From Longimicrobiales bacterium (lineage in GTDB: Bacteria; Gemmatimonadota; Gemmatimonadetes; Longimicrobiales; Gaopeijiaceae): a DNA stretch of 64,000 bases. The first letter of the stretch is position 1. Every line of letters begins with the position of its first letter. The notes beneath the pieces are model-generated. The model worked only from the letters and a program-made list of their open reading frames with translations. It was not told where the DNA came from and ran no database searches. Positions 9,048 to 19,522 of the stretch are shown piece by piece. The stretch lies in assembly GCA_965248195.1 (NCBI GenBank), contig CBDFIQ010000002.1, positions 2,720,001 through 2,784,000 on the forward strand. Reading direction: 5' to 3'. The translations under genes were made by a program, and so were the position numbers.

Positions 9048-11488
9048 GGATCTCCGCGGAGCTCCGGGACCCCGAGGCGGCCGGCTCGCTGGCCGAGGAG
9101 CTGCCCTACTGGGGCTGGCTCGAGGACGGCCGCACGTGCCTGACCCGCACGGGCGAGCTGATCGCGGCCGGGCGGCTGGAGCCCGCGGTAGTCGATGGGC
9201 GTTCGCCCGAACAGATCGACCGCGTGCTGGGCCGCTGGCAGCGGCTGCTGTCGGGGCTCGACGCCGACACACGCCTCTACTTCTATGTGCTGCGTCGGCC
9301 GGTCTCGCCCGAGGCCGCGGACGACGACGGCTCCGGCATCGTAGCGGTGTCGCAGCGGAAGCGGAGTGCGTTTCTGGCCGGGCGGGTGCAGCGGCTCGAG
9401 GCCTACCTGGTCTGGTCGCACGATCCCCGTCTCCGGACGGTCGCCGACGGGCCAACATCGGGAAGAGCGTCCCGGCTCATGCAGTGGTGGAAGCGCCGCC
9501 GAGGGGGCGCGCCGACCTACCTGCGGTCCGAAATCGAGGCCGCCGCCGCCCGCTTTCGCGCGACGGTGGACGCGGGCCGCGCGCTCGTAGGGGAGCACAC
9601 GCCGATCGAGATGCTCGAGCCCGCCGAAGCCTCGCGGCTTCTCTCCGAGCTGATCAACCGTCCGGGCACGATGTGGGACGGCGCGACGGGGAGCGGTATG
9701 AACTGGCGGCTCGCGCTCTCGGAGCTCGAGGCGGAGCGCAGTCACCTCCGTCTCGACGGCGAGCCCGTGATCCTGTACTCGCTTCTCTCGCCACCCGGAC
9801 AGACGCGGGCGAACCTGCTCCAAGAGCTCTACTGCCTGGATGCGGTGATGACGGTCTCGCTCGAGTGGCGGCCCTGGGCGATGGAGGCGGCCCGGCGCCG
9901 GATACGGGGCGCGCAGCGGCATTACTTCGCGCGCCGTTACTCGATGATGGCGCATGTGCAGGAGACGGAGGGCACGGCCGCCGCGATGGTCGACTCGGCC
10001 GCGGCGACCGAGTCCGACCGGCTGGGCGAGGCGCTGGTCGAGCTCGAGGCGGACGGAGTGAGCTACGGCGAGGCCACGCTGACCGTGGCGCTCCACGGCG
10101 AGCTCGGAAGCATCGAACGGCTGGACGGCGACCTGCGGCGTCTCTTCGCGGCCCACGACGCGAAGGTGATCCGGGAGGGCTACGGCCAGCTGCCGGCGTG
10201 GTTCTCGCGGCTCCCGGCTCAGCCCCGCGGGCGGCAGGTGCGGAAGGTGTTCGTGTCGGCCGGCGTCGCGGCGTGTCTGGCACCGTTGTTCGGGCCGCCA
10301 CGGGGCACCGTGAAGAGCAAGCATCTCGGTCGCGAGTCGCTCGCGGTCTTGGAGACGCCGTGGCGCACGGCGTACCACTACGACCTGTTCGCCGGCGACG
10401 TAGGCCACACGTTGATGCTCGGCGCGACCGGCTCGGGCAAGAGCTTCACACTGAACTTCCTGCTGGTCGAAGCTCTCAGGTACGACGCGCACGTCCTGAT
10501 TCTGGACTTGGGCGGCTCGTACCGCTGGCTGACCCGGTTTCTGGGAGGCCGCTACCTGGAGCTCTCGCCCGGCGAGGCGGAGCCCACGCTCCGGTTGCAG
10601 CCGTTCGCCCTCCCGGCGGGCACGCGGACGTTCCAGTTCCTCACGGGCTGGGTGCTCCGGCTGCTGAAGCTCGGCGGCTGGGAGGCGAGCGGAGCGGACA
10701 CGAGCGAGATCCGGGCCCGGATCGAGGACCTGTATGCGTTCGAGCCGGAACGGCGGACGCTGAGCGTCTTGGCAAGCTCGCTTCCGTCCGCGACGTGGCC
10801 GGCGTGGAGCCGCTGGATCGAAGGCGGCGCCTGGGGCGCGTACTTCGATAACCCGGCCGTCGGGGCACCGGATCTCGAGTTCGCCGACTGGCAGGTGATC
10901 GATTTGGCCGGGGCGGTCGAGCATCCGGATCTCTGCGACGCGGCACTCTCCTATCTGCTCGAGCGGATGCGGCTCGAGGTGGAGGACCCGTCCGAGGCGG
11001 CGCGGCTGAAGCTGATGGTCGTGGACGAAGCCTGGCGCTACCTGCAGGACCCGGCCGTACTGAATTACCTGGCCGAGGCGGCGAAGACGTGGCGGAAGAA
11101 GAACGCCGCGCTGGTCCTCGCCACGCAGTCCGCGGTGGACGTGACGGCGACGCCCGGTGCTGCGGCGCTCCTCGAGTCGATCCCGACCAAGCTCTTCCTC
11201 GCGAACCCCGAGCTCCCCGACGCGGTCGGAGCGCTGTTCCGGCTGAACGACTCGGAACTCGCGCAGGTCCGGGGCCTGATCCCCAAGCGCGAGCTCTACC
11301 TCCGCCGCCCGGACGGGGCGGCGGTGCTCCGGCTCGAGGTCGATCCGGAGAGCTACTGGCTCTACACCTCGTCCGCATTGGACGCCGAGGAGAGGGCCCG
11401 GGCCGTCGAGCGTCACGGACTCAGCCGGGCCCTCGAGGTGCTCGCGAGCCGAGACCATCCCACCCCCACCCCCAACGCGAGGAGCTGA
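9044..11488 (+). CDS. virB4: VirB4-family T4SS ATPase
   Basis: GHTLMLGATGSGKS Walker A; VVDEAW Walker B; KTWRKKNA..ATQS. Confidence 0.95.
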   Translation: MRISAELRDPEAAGSLAEELPYWGWLEDGRTCLTRTGELIAAGRLEPAVVDGRSPEQIDRVLGRWQRLLSGLDADTRLYFYVLRRPVSPEAADDDGSGIVAVSQRKRSAFLAGRVQRLEAYLVWSHDPRLRTVADGPTSGRASRLMQWWKRRRGGAPTYLRSEIEAAAARFRATVDAGRALVGEHTPIEMLEPAEASRLLSELINRPGTMWDGATGSGMNWRLALSELEAERSHLRLDGEPVILYSLLSPPGQTRANLLQELYCLDAVMTVSLEWRPWAMEAARRRIRGAQRHYFARRYSMMAHVQETEGTAAAMVDSAAATESDRLGEALVELEADGVSYGEATLTVALHGELGSIERLDGDLRRLFAAHDAKVIREGYGQLPAWFSRLPAQPRGRQVRKVFVSAGVAACLAPLFGPPRGTVKSKHLGRESLAVLETPWRTAYHYDLFAGDVGHTLMLGATGSGKSFTLNFLLVEALRYDAHVLILDLGGSYRWLTRFLGGRYLELSPGEAEPTLRLQPFALPAGTRTFQFLTGWVLRLLKLGGWEASGADTSEIRARIEDLYAFEPERRTLSVLASSLPSATWPAWSRWIEGGAWGAYFDNPAVGAPDLEFADWQVIDLAGAVEHPDLCDAALSYLLERMRLEVEDPSEAARLKLMVVDEAWRYLQDPAVLNYLAEAAKTWRKKNAALVLATQSAVDVTATPGAAALLESIPTKLFLANPELPDAVGALFRLNDSELAQVRGLIPKRELYLRRPDGAAVLRLEVDPESYWLYTSSALDAEERARAVERHGLSRALEVLASRDHPTPTPNARS

Positions 11489-11494
11489 CACGCC

Positions 11495-12361
11495 ATGCGA
11501 TCCCCTACGACACCTATGGTTCTAGCGGCGCTTCTCCTGGCCGCGCTGCCCGCCGGGGCCGCCCCGCAGCAGGAGGACGACGACCAAGCCCTCCTCCGGG
11601 TAGCGGTCCCGGAGGAGGGCGAGGACCGCATTCACCGGCTGCGGACCCAGGTCCGTCACACGACGGTGATCGTGCTCCCCGCCGGGGAGAACATCCTGGA
11701 CTTCGTGGTCGGCGACTCGGAGTACTGGCACCTGACCGGCGCGGCGAACGTCGCGTTCCTGAAGCCCCTCGCTTCGGACGCGGCGACGAATATCGCGCTC
11801 GTATGCGAGTCGGGGCGGATCTACTCGTTCCTGGTGGCTGAGCACAGCGACGGGCCGCCCCATCTGGTCGTTCGCGTAGAGTCCGGAGCAGAGGCGGCGC
11901 GGCTCTCCGGAGGCAGCGGCCGTCCCGCGTTCGTCGCGCGTAGCGAGGTCGCGGCCTACCAACAGATGGCCGCCGAGGCGGCCGAGGCGGCACGTAGCGC
12001 CCGGGAGGCGGCCGAGGCCGGCATCCTGGAAGCCCGGACTCAGGCCGAAACGGAGATCGAGGAGTTCCGTGCGCGCTATCCGGAGCGTCTCGCGTTCGAG
12101 TACCGGCTCGACGGGGACGCGGCGGACCGGCCGTTCCTGGTCGAAGCGATGTGGCACGACGGGCAGTTCACCTACGTCCGCTCCCGCGCCCAGGAGTCGC
12201 CGGCCCTCTATGAGCTCCGGGACGGGGAGCCGGCGCTCGTCGCCTACGACCTCTCAGAGGACGGCCTCTACATCGCCCGCCACGTGCTGGGCGACGGGTG
12301 GCTCCAGATCGGCGACAAGCGGGCTGCCTGGCGGTTCACGCCGCGGGAAGGCCTCCGATGA
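11495..12361 (+). CDS. virB9: VirB9/TrbG-family core complex protein
   Basis: Signal peptide; TTVIVLPAGENILDFVVGDSEYW; WHDGQFTYV. Confidence 0.88.
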   Translation: MRSPTTPMVLAALLLAALPAGAAPQQEDDDQALLRVAVPEEGEDRIHRLRTQVRHTTVIVLPAGENILDFVVGDSEYWHLTGAANVAFLKPLASDAATNIALVCESGRIYSFLVAEHSDGPPHLVVRVESGAEAARLSGGSGRPAFVARSEVAAYQQMAAEAAEAARSAREAAEAGILEARTQAETEIEEFRARYPERLAFEYRLDGDAADRPFLVEAMWHDGQFTYVRSRAQESPALYELRDGEPALVAYDLSEDGLYIARHVLGDGWLQIGDKRAAWRFTPREGLR

Positions 12362-13626
12362 GCCGTTGGAAGCAGTGGGTATCGCCGCCGGAAGGTGCGC
12401 TCCCCGGCGGGATCGTGACGAAGGCGGGCGTGGTGTTGATCGCCGTGCTCGTCGGTGGACTGCTCCTGTCCTGGGCGATGACGGGTCCCGAGGAAGATGC
12501 GCCCGCTCTCGGGGCATTGCCCGAGGCGCAGGCGGTCGACGACGGGATGGGCCGTTCGCTCCAGAACCGCATTCGTGCGGAGGCCGAGCGGCAGGCCCAG
12601 CAGGCCGCCGCCCGAGCGCGCGCCGAGCTCGAGCGCCGGCAGGCTGCGGCCGCCGGGGAGATGGCTCGGCTCCAGACGGAGTCGGAGACGCCGAACACCG
12701 CAGCCTTGATCCCAGGCGTGAGCGCGGCCGAGTCGGAGCTTCGGGAGGCGCTTCGGCTCGAGGAGCTGGAGCGAAGAACCCGCTCGCTCCGTGCCCTTCC
12801 CGTCGCTCAGTCGTACAGGGACCCGAATGCAGCTGCGGAGTCGTCCGAAGCCGGCACCGGCGATGCGGCCGACGCGGATGTGGCGCTCCTCGAGAACGCG
12901 GTCCAAGCGGCTCTCGCATCCTTCGAGCAGTCGGTCGGGGCGCTCGAGGAGGAGTTGGCAGCGGAGTTGGCGGCCGGGCAGCTCCTCTCCGGCTCCCCGG
13001 GACCTGCCGCACCGCCAAGCTCTCCTCGCCCCCCCGGCACGGCTGAGCCCGGCCGGAGCGTCCGGCCCGCCGACCCGCCGGGTTGGGAGCGGATCTACGA
13101 GGGCTCGTTCCTCGAGGCGGTGCTGCTCACGCAGCTCACGGGCGATTTCCCCGGGCCCGTGCTCGCGACCGTCTCGGTCCCGTTCTATTCGGCCGACCGC
13201 CAGCGGATCCTGATCCCGCGCGGCGTGCGCGTCGTCGGCACGGCCCAGGCCGTTCAGGACCCGGACCAGAGCCGGCTCGCCGTCGCCTTCCACCGGTTGC
13301 TCCTGCCCGACGGCAGCTGGATCGACCTCGAGTTCACCGGCCTGAACCAGGCGGGCGAGGGCGCTCTTCAGGACCAGGTCGACCGCCACTACTTCAGCAC
13401 GTTCGCGGCCGCCGGAGCCATCGGCGTCGTGAGCGGGCTCGCCTTGGCCGGCGGTTCGCCGTTCGGCCTCAGGGCGGGCGTCGGCCAGGGACTCGGCCAG
13501 AGCGCGACCTCGGTCCTCGACCGGTTCCTGAACCGGCTACCCACCCTCACGATCCGCGCAGGCCATCGCCTGCGCATCTGGTTCACGTCCGATGTCCTGG
13601 TCCCCAGGGCCGGGACACGGCAATAA
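12358..13626 (+). CDS. virB10: VirB10/TrbI-family core complex protein
   Basis: N-terminal TM; EGSFLEAVL...GPV...RLLLPDG...DQVDRHY...NRLPTLTIRAG. Confidence 0.92.
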   Translation: MSRWKQWVSPPEGALPGGIVTKAGVVLIAVLVGGLLLSWAMTGPEEDAPALGALPEAQAVDDGMGRSLQNRIRAEAERQAQQAAARARAELERRQAAAAGEMARLQTESETPNTAALIPGVSAAESELREALRLEELERRTRSLRALPVAQSYRDPNAAAESSEAGTGDAADADVALLENAVQAALASFEQSVGALEEELAAELAAGQLLSGSPGPAAPPSSPRPPGTAEPGRSVRPADPPGWERIYEGSFLEAVLLTQLTGDFPGPVLATVSVPFYSADRQRILIPRGVRVVGTAQAVQDPDQSRLAVAFHRLLLPDGSWIDLEFTGLNQAGEGALQDQVDRHYFSTFAAAGAIGVVSGLALAGGSPFGLRAGVGQGLGQSATSVLDRFLNRLPTLTIRAGHRLRIWFTSDVLVPRAGTRQ

Positions 13627-13643
13627 CAAACAAGGAGCTCATC

Positions 13644-14552
13644 ATGCGTCACCGCAGCCTCACCACCGTCCTCCTCGTCTCGGTCCTGATGCTCGCGAGC
13701 GCTGGGCCGGCCAACGCCCTGTTCGACATCGGCGGCGTGATCCAGCGGGCCCAGATGATCGTGAACCAAGCGACCCAGATCGCGAACCAGATCCGCCAGA
13801 TGCGGACGATGACCCGCCAACTCACCGAGCTCGAGGAGCAGCTCGACTACATGAGAGAGGCCGCGAGGGGCGAGGTGGACGCGCTGATCGAACCGTTCTC
13901 GGAGCTGGCGGCCGGATCCATCGGCCTCGTCGGCGACGGCCTCGACTGGGGCTCCGAGTTCAGCGGCGCAGCCGGCGAGCTGGTCGAAGCAGTGCGTGAC
14001 ATGGGGAGCGGCGACTCGTTCACCGACGTCTGGCGGAGCGCCCAAGGGGTGGCCGACCAGGTGAGCGAGGCGGACATCCTCGAGCTCTACCGTAACCGCC
14101 CGGCCGAGGCATCCTCCCGTGCGGTTGAGGACTACCGCCAGGCCAAGGAGGCCGCCGACCGCCAGCGCGTGCTCGACTACGCGATGATGGACGCCGCGGC
14201 CTCGCTCGCATCGACCGTCGAGAGCGCACAGGACTCGTTCGACGACCTGACCGCGAACGGCAATCTCTCGAATACGGCGCTCCAGCAGGCGCAGGTCGCG
14301 GCCGCGCTGACCCAGGGCCGGATCAACGCCGCCGTGGCGCAGGTGCTCGCCTATCAGGCCGTCGAGCAAGCGAACCGGATGCAGCAGGCCGAGATCGACC
14401 GGCTCGAGCGGCTCGCCGAGTGGAGGGACGCACGCCTCCGTACGAACGCGATGGCCGATGCGATGCGGGCGGCCGCGTTCCAGAACCGCGACCGGCTCCG
14501 GGAAGGGCTCCTGTTCAAGATCCCGTCGTTCTACATGGGCGGCCAAGTTTAG
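13644..14552 (+). CDS. TrbJ/VirB5-like secreted T4SS protein
   Basis: Signal peptide, Gln-rich helical NQATQIANQIRQM; upstream of virB6. Confidence 0.6.
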   Translation: MRHRSLTTVLLVSVLMLASAGPANALFDIGGVIQRAQMIVNQATQIANQIRQMRTMTRQLTELEEQLDYMREAARGEVDALIEPFSELAAGSIGLVGDGLDWGSEFSGAAGELVEAVRDMGSGDSFTDVWRSAQGVADQVSEADILELYRNRPAEASSRAVEDYRQAKEAADRQRVLDYAMMDAAASLASTVESAQDSFDDLTANGNLSNTALQQAQVAAALTQGRINAAVAQVLAYQAVEQANRMQQAEIDRLERLAEWRDARLRTNAMADAMRAAAFQNRDRLREGLLFKIPSFYMGGQV

Positions 14553-14570
14553 GCCCCGGGAGCGACTGTC

Positions 14571-15581
14571 ATGCAGCTCGTGCCACCGCAGTCGATCGAT
14601 CCGAACGTCCCGGCCCAGATCCCCGCGGATCAGCTCCAGGACTTCAAGGGGTTCCTGGACATCGTGCTCGACACCGTGGTCGGCGGCGCCGCGCCCGACG
14701 TGCTCACGCTCGGCCACCAGCTGTGGGGCGGTCTCGCGGCGATCGTCGTCGCATGGAGCGGCCTCAAGATCGCGTTCAGCGGAACCTTCGAGCCCTGGTC
14801 CCTCGTGCGTGTCGTGCTCGGGATCGCGATTCCGAGGACGCTGCTCCACTACTACAGCGTTCCGATCCCGGGCGTGGGCTTCACGTTTCCGGCCATGGTC
14901 GCGGCCGGAGGGATCTGGCTCCAGAACCTGTTCATCTCCGATGTCGTGTCCGTCGGCTACACGGAGATGACCGCGCTCGTCCAGGCGTTCGCCGCCCGGC
15001 TCGGAGCGGCATGGTCGGGCGGGAGCCTGATGACCCTCGTGACCGAGGGCGTGAGCGTGTTCTTCTCGTCCCTCGTCGCGCTGATGATGGGCGTGCCGCT
15101 CGTGCTCGGCCTGGTCGCACTCTTCTGCCTTACCTACGCGCAGGTGATCTGGGCGCAGGTGGCGCTCGCGATCGTGATCCTGCTCGGGCCGGTGTTCATC
15201 CCCTGGCTGCTGTTCGAGCCGCTCGCGTTCCTGTTCTGGGGATGGTTCCGCACGCTCATGGTCTACACGCTCTACGGCGTCGTGGCCGGAGCCATCCTCC
15301 GCGTCTTCATGGGCGTCGGCATGGGCTACGTCACCACCTATACCGGCGCCTTGATGGGCACCGGCTCCTCCGACCCGGCCGAGCTGGGGCTGTGGGTCGT
15401 CGTCCTCCTACCGCTTGTCGTCTCCGGCCTGATGGCCGGCATGAAGGTGGGCGAGCTCGCCGCGATGCTCGTCTCCGGCTCCGGATCCGTCGGGTCGGGC
15501 ATGATGGCGCTCGTGGTGCGTGGAGGCGGACGCCTCAGCGCTGCCGCGAACCCGGCCCGCCCCCCAATCCCCGGAGGCTGA
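14571..15581 (+). CDS. virB6: VirB6/TrbL-family inner membrane protein
   Basis: Polytopic; ILLGPVFIPWLLFEPLAFLFWGW motif. Confidence 0.88.
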   Translation: MQLVPPQSIDPNVPAQIPADQLQDFKGFLDIVLDTVVGGAAPDVLTLGHQLWGGLAAIVVAWSGLKIAFSGTFEPWSLVRVVLGIAIPRTLLHYYSVPIPGVGFTFPAMVAAGGIWLQNLFISDVVSVGYTEMTALVQAFAARLGAAWSGGSLMTLVTEGVSVFFSSLVALMMGVPLVLGLVALFCLTYAQVIWAQVALAIVILLGPVFIPWLLFEPLAFLFWGWFRTLMVYTLYGVVAGAILRVFMGVGMGYVTTYTGALMGTGSSDPAELGLWVVVLLPLVVSGLMAGMKVGELAAMLVSGSGSVGSGMMALVVRGGGRLSAAANPARPPIPGG

Positions 15582-15592
15582 AGGAGACGTCC

Positions 15593-16261
15593 ATGAACCG
15601 AGAACACGATGCCGGCCGCGAGTACGCGGAAATTTGGGGCGAGACCGTCGAGGCTAACCGGAAACTCCGGACGCTGGCGATGATCCTCGCCGCCGCGTGC
15701 CTCGCGCTCGGCGTGCTCCTCCTCCGGGTCGCGACCGTCGAGCCGCCCCGCCCGATCGTGGTCCGGGTCGACGAGGTCGGCCGCGCCGAGGCCGTGGCCT
15801 ACGAGGCCGCCACGGCGCAGGCGGATCCGCTCGATCCCACGACCAAGTACTTCCTTAACCGCTTCATCTCCGACTTCTACTCCAGGCGCCGGGCGACGGT
15901 CGAGCAGCACTGGACGCGGAGCCTCCGGTTCCTGTCGACCGAGCTGGCGAACGCCGCGTTCACGCGTGACGGCGCCGAGGTCGCCGCGATGGCCGCGGGC
16001 ACCTCCGACACCGAGCTCCAGGTCGAGCAGGTCGTGCTCCGCATCCACCCGGCACCGGAGGCGCCGCACGGCGCGACCGCCGACTTCGACCTAGTCCACT
16101 TCAGGCAGGGGCAGGAGACGCTGAGGGAGCGGTGGTCGATCACGGTCCGGTTCACGTTCCTCACCGTCATCCCCTCCGAGCTCGTCGTCTACAACCCGAT
16201 GGGCATCCTCATCACCTACCTCCAGGCCGACCGGGCCCTGGTCACGGAGCAGCCCAGGTGA
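15593..16261 (+). CDS. virB8: VirB8/TrbF-family protein
   Basis: Single TM, PIVVRVDEVG, C-terminal YNPMGILIT. Confidence 0.88.
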   Translation: MNREHDAGREYAEIWGETVEANRKLRTLAMILAAACLALGVLLLRVATVEPPRPIVVRVDEVGRAEAVAYEAATAQADPLDPTTKYFLNRFISDFYSRRRATVEQHWTRSLRFLSTELANAAFTRDGAEVAAMAAGTSDTELQVEQVVLRIHPAPEAPHGATADFDLVHFRQGQETLRERWSITVRFTFLTVIPSELVVYNPMGILITYLQADRALVTEQPR

Positions 16262-17190
16262 TCGCCCATCTCGCCGGGCGAGAGAGGGCGCTCGAACCGT
16301 TCGGTTGGACGGGACGCCAGGCCGAGTGGATCGCGCTCGTCTGCCTCCACAGCGGCGTGTTCACCCGCACACAGGCGACGCGGTTCCTGGACACGCATCA
16401 CGAGCGGGCGCGCCGCCTCGTCCACGCGCTGATCACGCCGGGCCTCGCCGCCGAGGAGACCGTGCCGGGCGTTCGGGGGATCGGCCGCGTGTGCCGGATC
16501 TTCTCCCGGGGTCTATACCGCGCGCTCGGAGCCGAGCACATCCGCCACCGCCGCACGGCGTCCGCCGACGTGCTCATGCGCCGCCTGCTCTCGCTCGACT
16601 ACGTGATCGAGCATCCCGGCTTGCCTTGGCTGGCCACCGAATCCGAGAAAGTCGCCGCGTTCGAGGCCCTCGGCATCGAACACGGGCTGCTGCCCGTCCG
16701 GGTTTACCGGGGTGCCGCCGGTGCGACTCGGCGCTACTTTCCGGTAAAGCTGCCGGTCGCGCTGGAGGCCGAGAGCGCCGTCTTCGTCTACGCCGATCCC
16801 GGCCACGCGACCGCGACCGCGCTTCACTCCTGGGGTGCGGCGCACCGCGGGCTCTGGCACGCGCTTGGGAGACGAGGCCGATCCGTCGAGGTTGTCGCGG
16901 TCGGTCGCACCTCGAGAGAGCTTGAGCGGGCACGGCGAGTCATGCGGCACTGGGCCGAGCCCTCCGGTCCAGCCGAACTCGACCCCCAGGTTCGCAAGGA
17001 GCTCGCCCGGATCGAGGAGGCCATTCTCGCGGGCGCGGTCCCGATCCTGGAGGAGTACGGCGGTCTCCAGGCCGCCATGAAGCGCAGCGTGGCGCTGGAG
17101 AAACAGGCCCGACGGCAGGCCGCCCGCGCCTCAATCCGCCGCGGCAGCACATGGCGGACCGCACGCCTCGCCGGGGCTCGCTACCGATGA
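16258..17190 (+). CDS. Hypothetical ICE protein with probable N-terminal winged helix
   Basis: GTG coupled to virB8 stop; GWTGRQAEWIALVCLHSGVFTRTQ; function unknown. Confidence 0.7.
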   Translation: MIAHLAGRERALEPFGWTGRQAEWIALVCLHSGVFTRTQATRFLDTHHERARRLVHALITPGLAAEETVPGVRGIGRVCRIFSRGLYRALGAEHIRHRRTASADVLMRRLLSLDYVIEHPGLPWLATESEKVAAFEALGIEHGLLPVRVYRGAAGATRRYFPVKLPVALEAESAVFVYADPGHATATALHSWGAAHRGLWHALGRRGRSVEVVAVGRTSRELERARRVMRHWAEPSGPAELDPQVRKELARIEEAILAGAVPILEEYGGLQAAMKRSVALEKQARRQAARASIRRGSTWRTARLAGARYR

Positions 17191-17485
17191 GCGGCGCGCG
17201 ACTTACGGCCGCACTGGAGTGCGCAAACGACGCGGGGGTACGATTCACACTTCGGCGCCCCGGCGATTCACACGGAGCTTCCCGCCTATCCGCTGGCGCC
17301 GCAGCGTCTTGCGCTTCCGCGGACAGGCCGGCCAGCGCTGTACGGGCGGCACCGTCCGTGGTGGGAGCGACCCCCCAGTCCGAGGGCCTGGTACGGGTTC
17401 GGGGCCAGGTGTGTTTGCGCACCTGCCCCCGCCCTCCTGGGGTCGCTCCCGAGCCATCGATCCTTCCAGGAAGGGTGTTGGACCG

Positions 17486-19522
17486 ATGAGGCCGGCTACG
17501 CTCGCCATCATCGGCACCGCTCTGGGAGCGGCCGCCGGCCACGCGTTCTGGGCACCGTTCCCCGGCATGGGCGGCAACCCGGTTCTGGACCTGATCGCCT
17601 ACCACGATCCGGGCCTTCACACGGTGATCCGCGTCTGGTACTACGCGGCCCCGGCCGTCGTCGTCGTCCTCGCCGGGAGCGTGTGCCTCTCGGTCTGGAG
17701 GGTGTGGCTTCAGCCGCGTGCAAGACGCCGCGGCCGGGGCAGCCTGCCCGCCTGGCCCACCTCGCCGAACGATGCCGCGCCCTCGCTCGTGATCGGCGAG
17801 CTCCACCATCCCGTCGTCCCGCGCGAGAGCGAGCGGCCCTCCTGGCTCGTCGTTCCCGAGACGGGGCTCTACACCGGCGTCCTCGTCGTCGGCGCCGTCG
17901 GCACCGGCAAGACCACCGCCTGCATGTACCCGTTCGCCCAGCAGCTCCTCTCGTGGCAAGCCGACCGGGCCGGGCGCCGGGCCAGCGCCCTTGTGCTCGA
18001 GGTCAAGGGCGACTTCTGCTACAGCGTGCGGGGGATCCTCGACGCCGCCGGGCGCGGCGGCGACTACCTCGAGATCGGGCTCGACGGCTCGTTGCAGTGG
18101 AACCCGCTCGACGATCCGCTGCTCGACTCCTACTCGCTCGCCTACGGCGTCGCCTCCCTCATCAACCAGCTCTTCGGCAAGAGCCGAGAACCGTTCTGGC
18201 AGCAAGCCTATACGAATCTCGTGCGCTGGATCATCGAACTGCACCGGCTCTTGCCGGGGGGCTGGGTCACGCTGCAGGACATCTACCGCTGCACGGTGGA
18301 TGCGGAACTGTTCGGCCGGAAGATCGGCGAGGCCCGCGAGCTGGCCGACCGGCTCTGCCCGGTGCGGGCCGTCATCGCGACCAAGGATCTCGCCGCTCAC
18401 AAGGAACCCCTCGGGGAATGGGGCTGGGAGCCGGTGCCCGGCTCGGACAAGGCGGCTTGCCGGCTCGACCCCGCACTCCGGGACCGGCTCAAGGAACTCA
18501 AGGTCGCATACGCGACGGAGGAGAGCGGGGGCGGCGCGGGGAGCGAGTTCCGTGAGCAGGTCGAGGCCATCGAGCGGTGGTATCTGCATGACTGGACGGC
18601 GCTCGACGCCAAGCTCCGCACGTCGATCGTCGAGGGCATCAGCGTGTTCCTCTCGCTCTTCGACCAGCCGCAGGTCGCCGGCGTGTTCTGCCCGCCGCCT
18701 CCCGAGCCGGATGAGTCTATATATATAGGTGACGATGCACCGGACGAGGACGCCGAGGCCGTCCGGCCCGTGCCGGGCCTCCGGCGCCGGCTGCCGCCGC
18801 TCAGCGAGCTGATCGAGGGCGGCAAGGTCCTGGCGCTCAACATGCCCGCGGGCGCGAACCCCGCGCTCGCCCGCGCCATCGGCGTCCTCTTGAAGAACGC
18901 CTGGATGCAGGCGCTGCTGCGGCGGCCCGCCGAGGCCGCCCGCCGGCCCGGACGCTACCTCCGACCCGCCGTGTTCATCTGCGACGAGTACCAGGCGTTC
19001 GCGACCGTCGGCCAGGACGATCCCTCGGGCGACGAGAAGGCGTTCGCGCTCACCCGGCAGTGCCGCTGCGTCCCGATCGTCGCCACGCAGTCGATCTCCT
19101 CGCTCCGCTCCGTGCTCCCCGGAGGCGAGGCCTGGCGCACGCTCCTCCAGACGCTCCGCACCCGGATCTTCCTCTCGCTGTCCGACGAGTCGTCGGCCCG
19201 GATCGCGTCCGAGATGTGCGGCAGCGTCATGAAGACGCAGCCCTCCTACACGTTCACCGAGACCACGGGCAGGCCCGAGTTCTCGCTCTTGTCCGGGCGA
19301 GCCGGAGGGGGCCGCGGCACGATCGGCGCGAGCAAGTCGTTCCGGCAGCAGAGGGAGCCCGTGTTCACGCCGCGCGAGTTCGCGCTGTTGGCCAACTACC
19401 AGGCGATCTGTCTGCCCTACGACGGCACGAAGTCGCTCCCTGCCCGGCGCGTCTACCTGAAACCCCACTACCTGCCGAGGGACGTGGGCTACTGGCGGCT
19501 CCGCGAGGAGGGACGGATATGA
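17486..19522 (+). CDS. virD4: VirD4/TraD-like type IV coupling protein
   Basis: N-terminal TMs; VVGAVGTGKT Walker A; FICDEYQ Walker B; IVATQSISSL. Confidence 0.9.
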   Translation: MRPATLAIIGTALGAAAGHAFWAPFPGMGGNPVLDLIAYHDPGLHTVIRVWYYAAPAVVVVLAGSVCLSVWRVWLQPRARRRGRGSLPAWPTSPNDAAPSLVIGELHHPVVPRESERPSWLVVPETGLYTGVLVVGAVGTGKTTACMYPFAQQLLSWQADRAGRRASALVLEVKGDFCYSVRGILDAAGRGGDYLEIGLDGSLQWNPLDDPLLDSYSLAYGVASLINQLFGKSREPFWQQAYTNLVRWIIELHRLLPGGWVTLQDIYRCTVDAELFGRKIGEARELADRLCPVRAVIATKDLAAHKEPLGEWGWEPVPGSDKAACRLDPALRDRLKELKVAYATEESGGGAGSEFREQVEAIERWYLHDWTALDAKLRTSIVEGISVFLSLFDQPQVAGVFCPPPPEPDESIYIGDDAPDEDAEAVRPVPGLRRRLPPLSELIEGGKVLALNMPAGANPALARAIGVLLKNAWMQALLRRPAEAARRPGRYLRPAVFICDEYQAFATVGQDDPSGDEKAFALTRQCRCVPIVATQSISSLRSVLPGGEAWRTLLQTLRTRIFLSLSDESSARIASEMCGSVMKTQPSYTFTETTGRPEFSLLSGRAGGGRGTIGASKSFRQQREPVFTPREFALLANYQAICLPYDGTKSLPARRVYLKPHYLPRDVGYWRLREEGRI

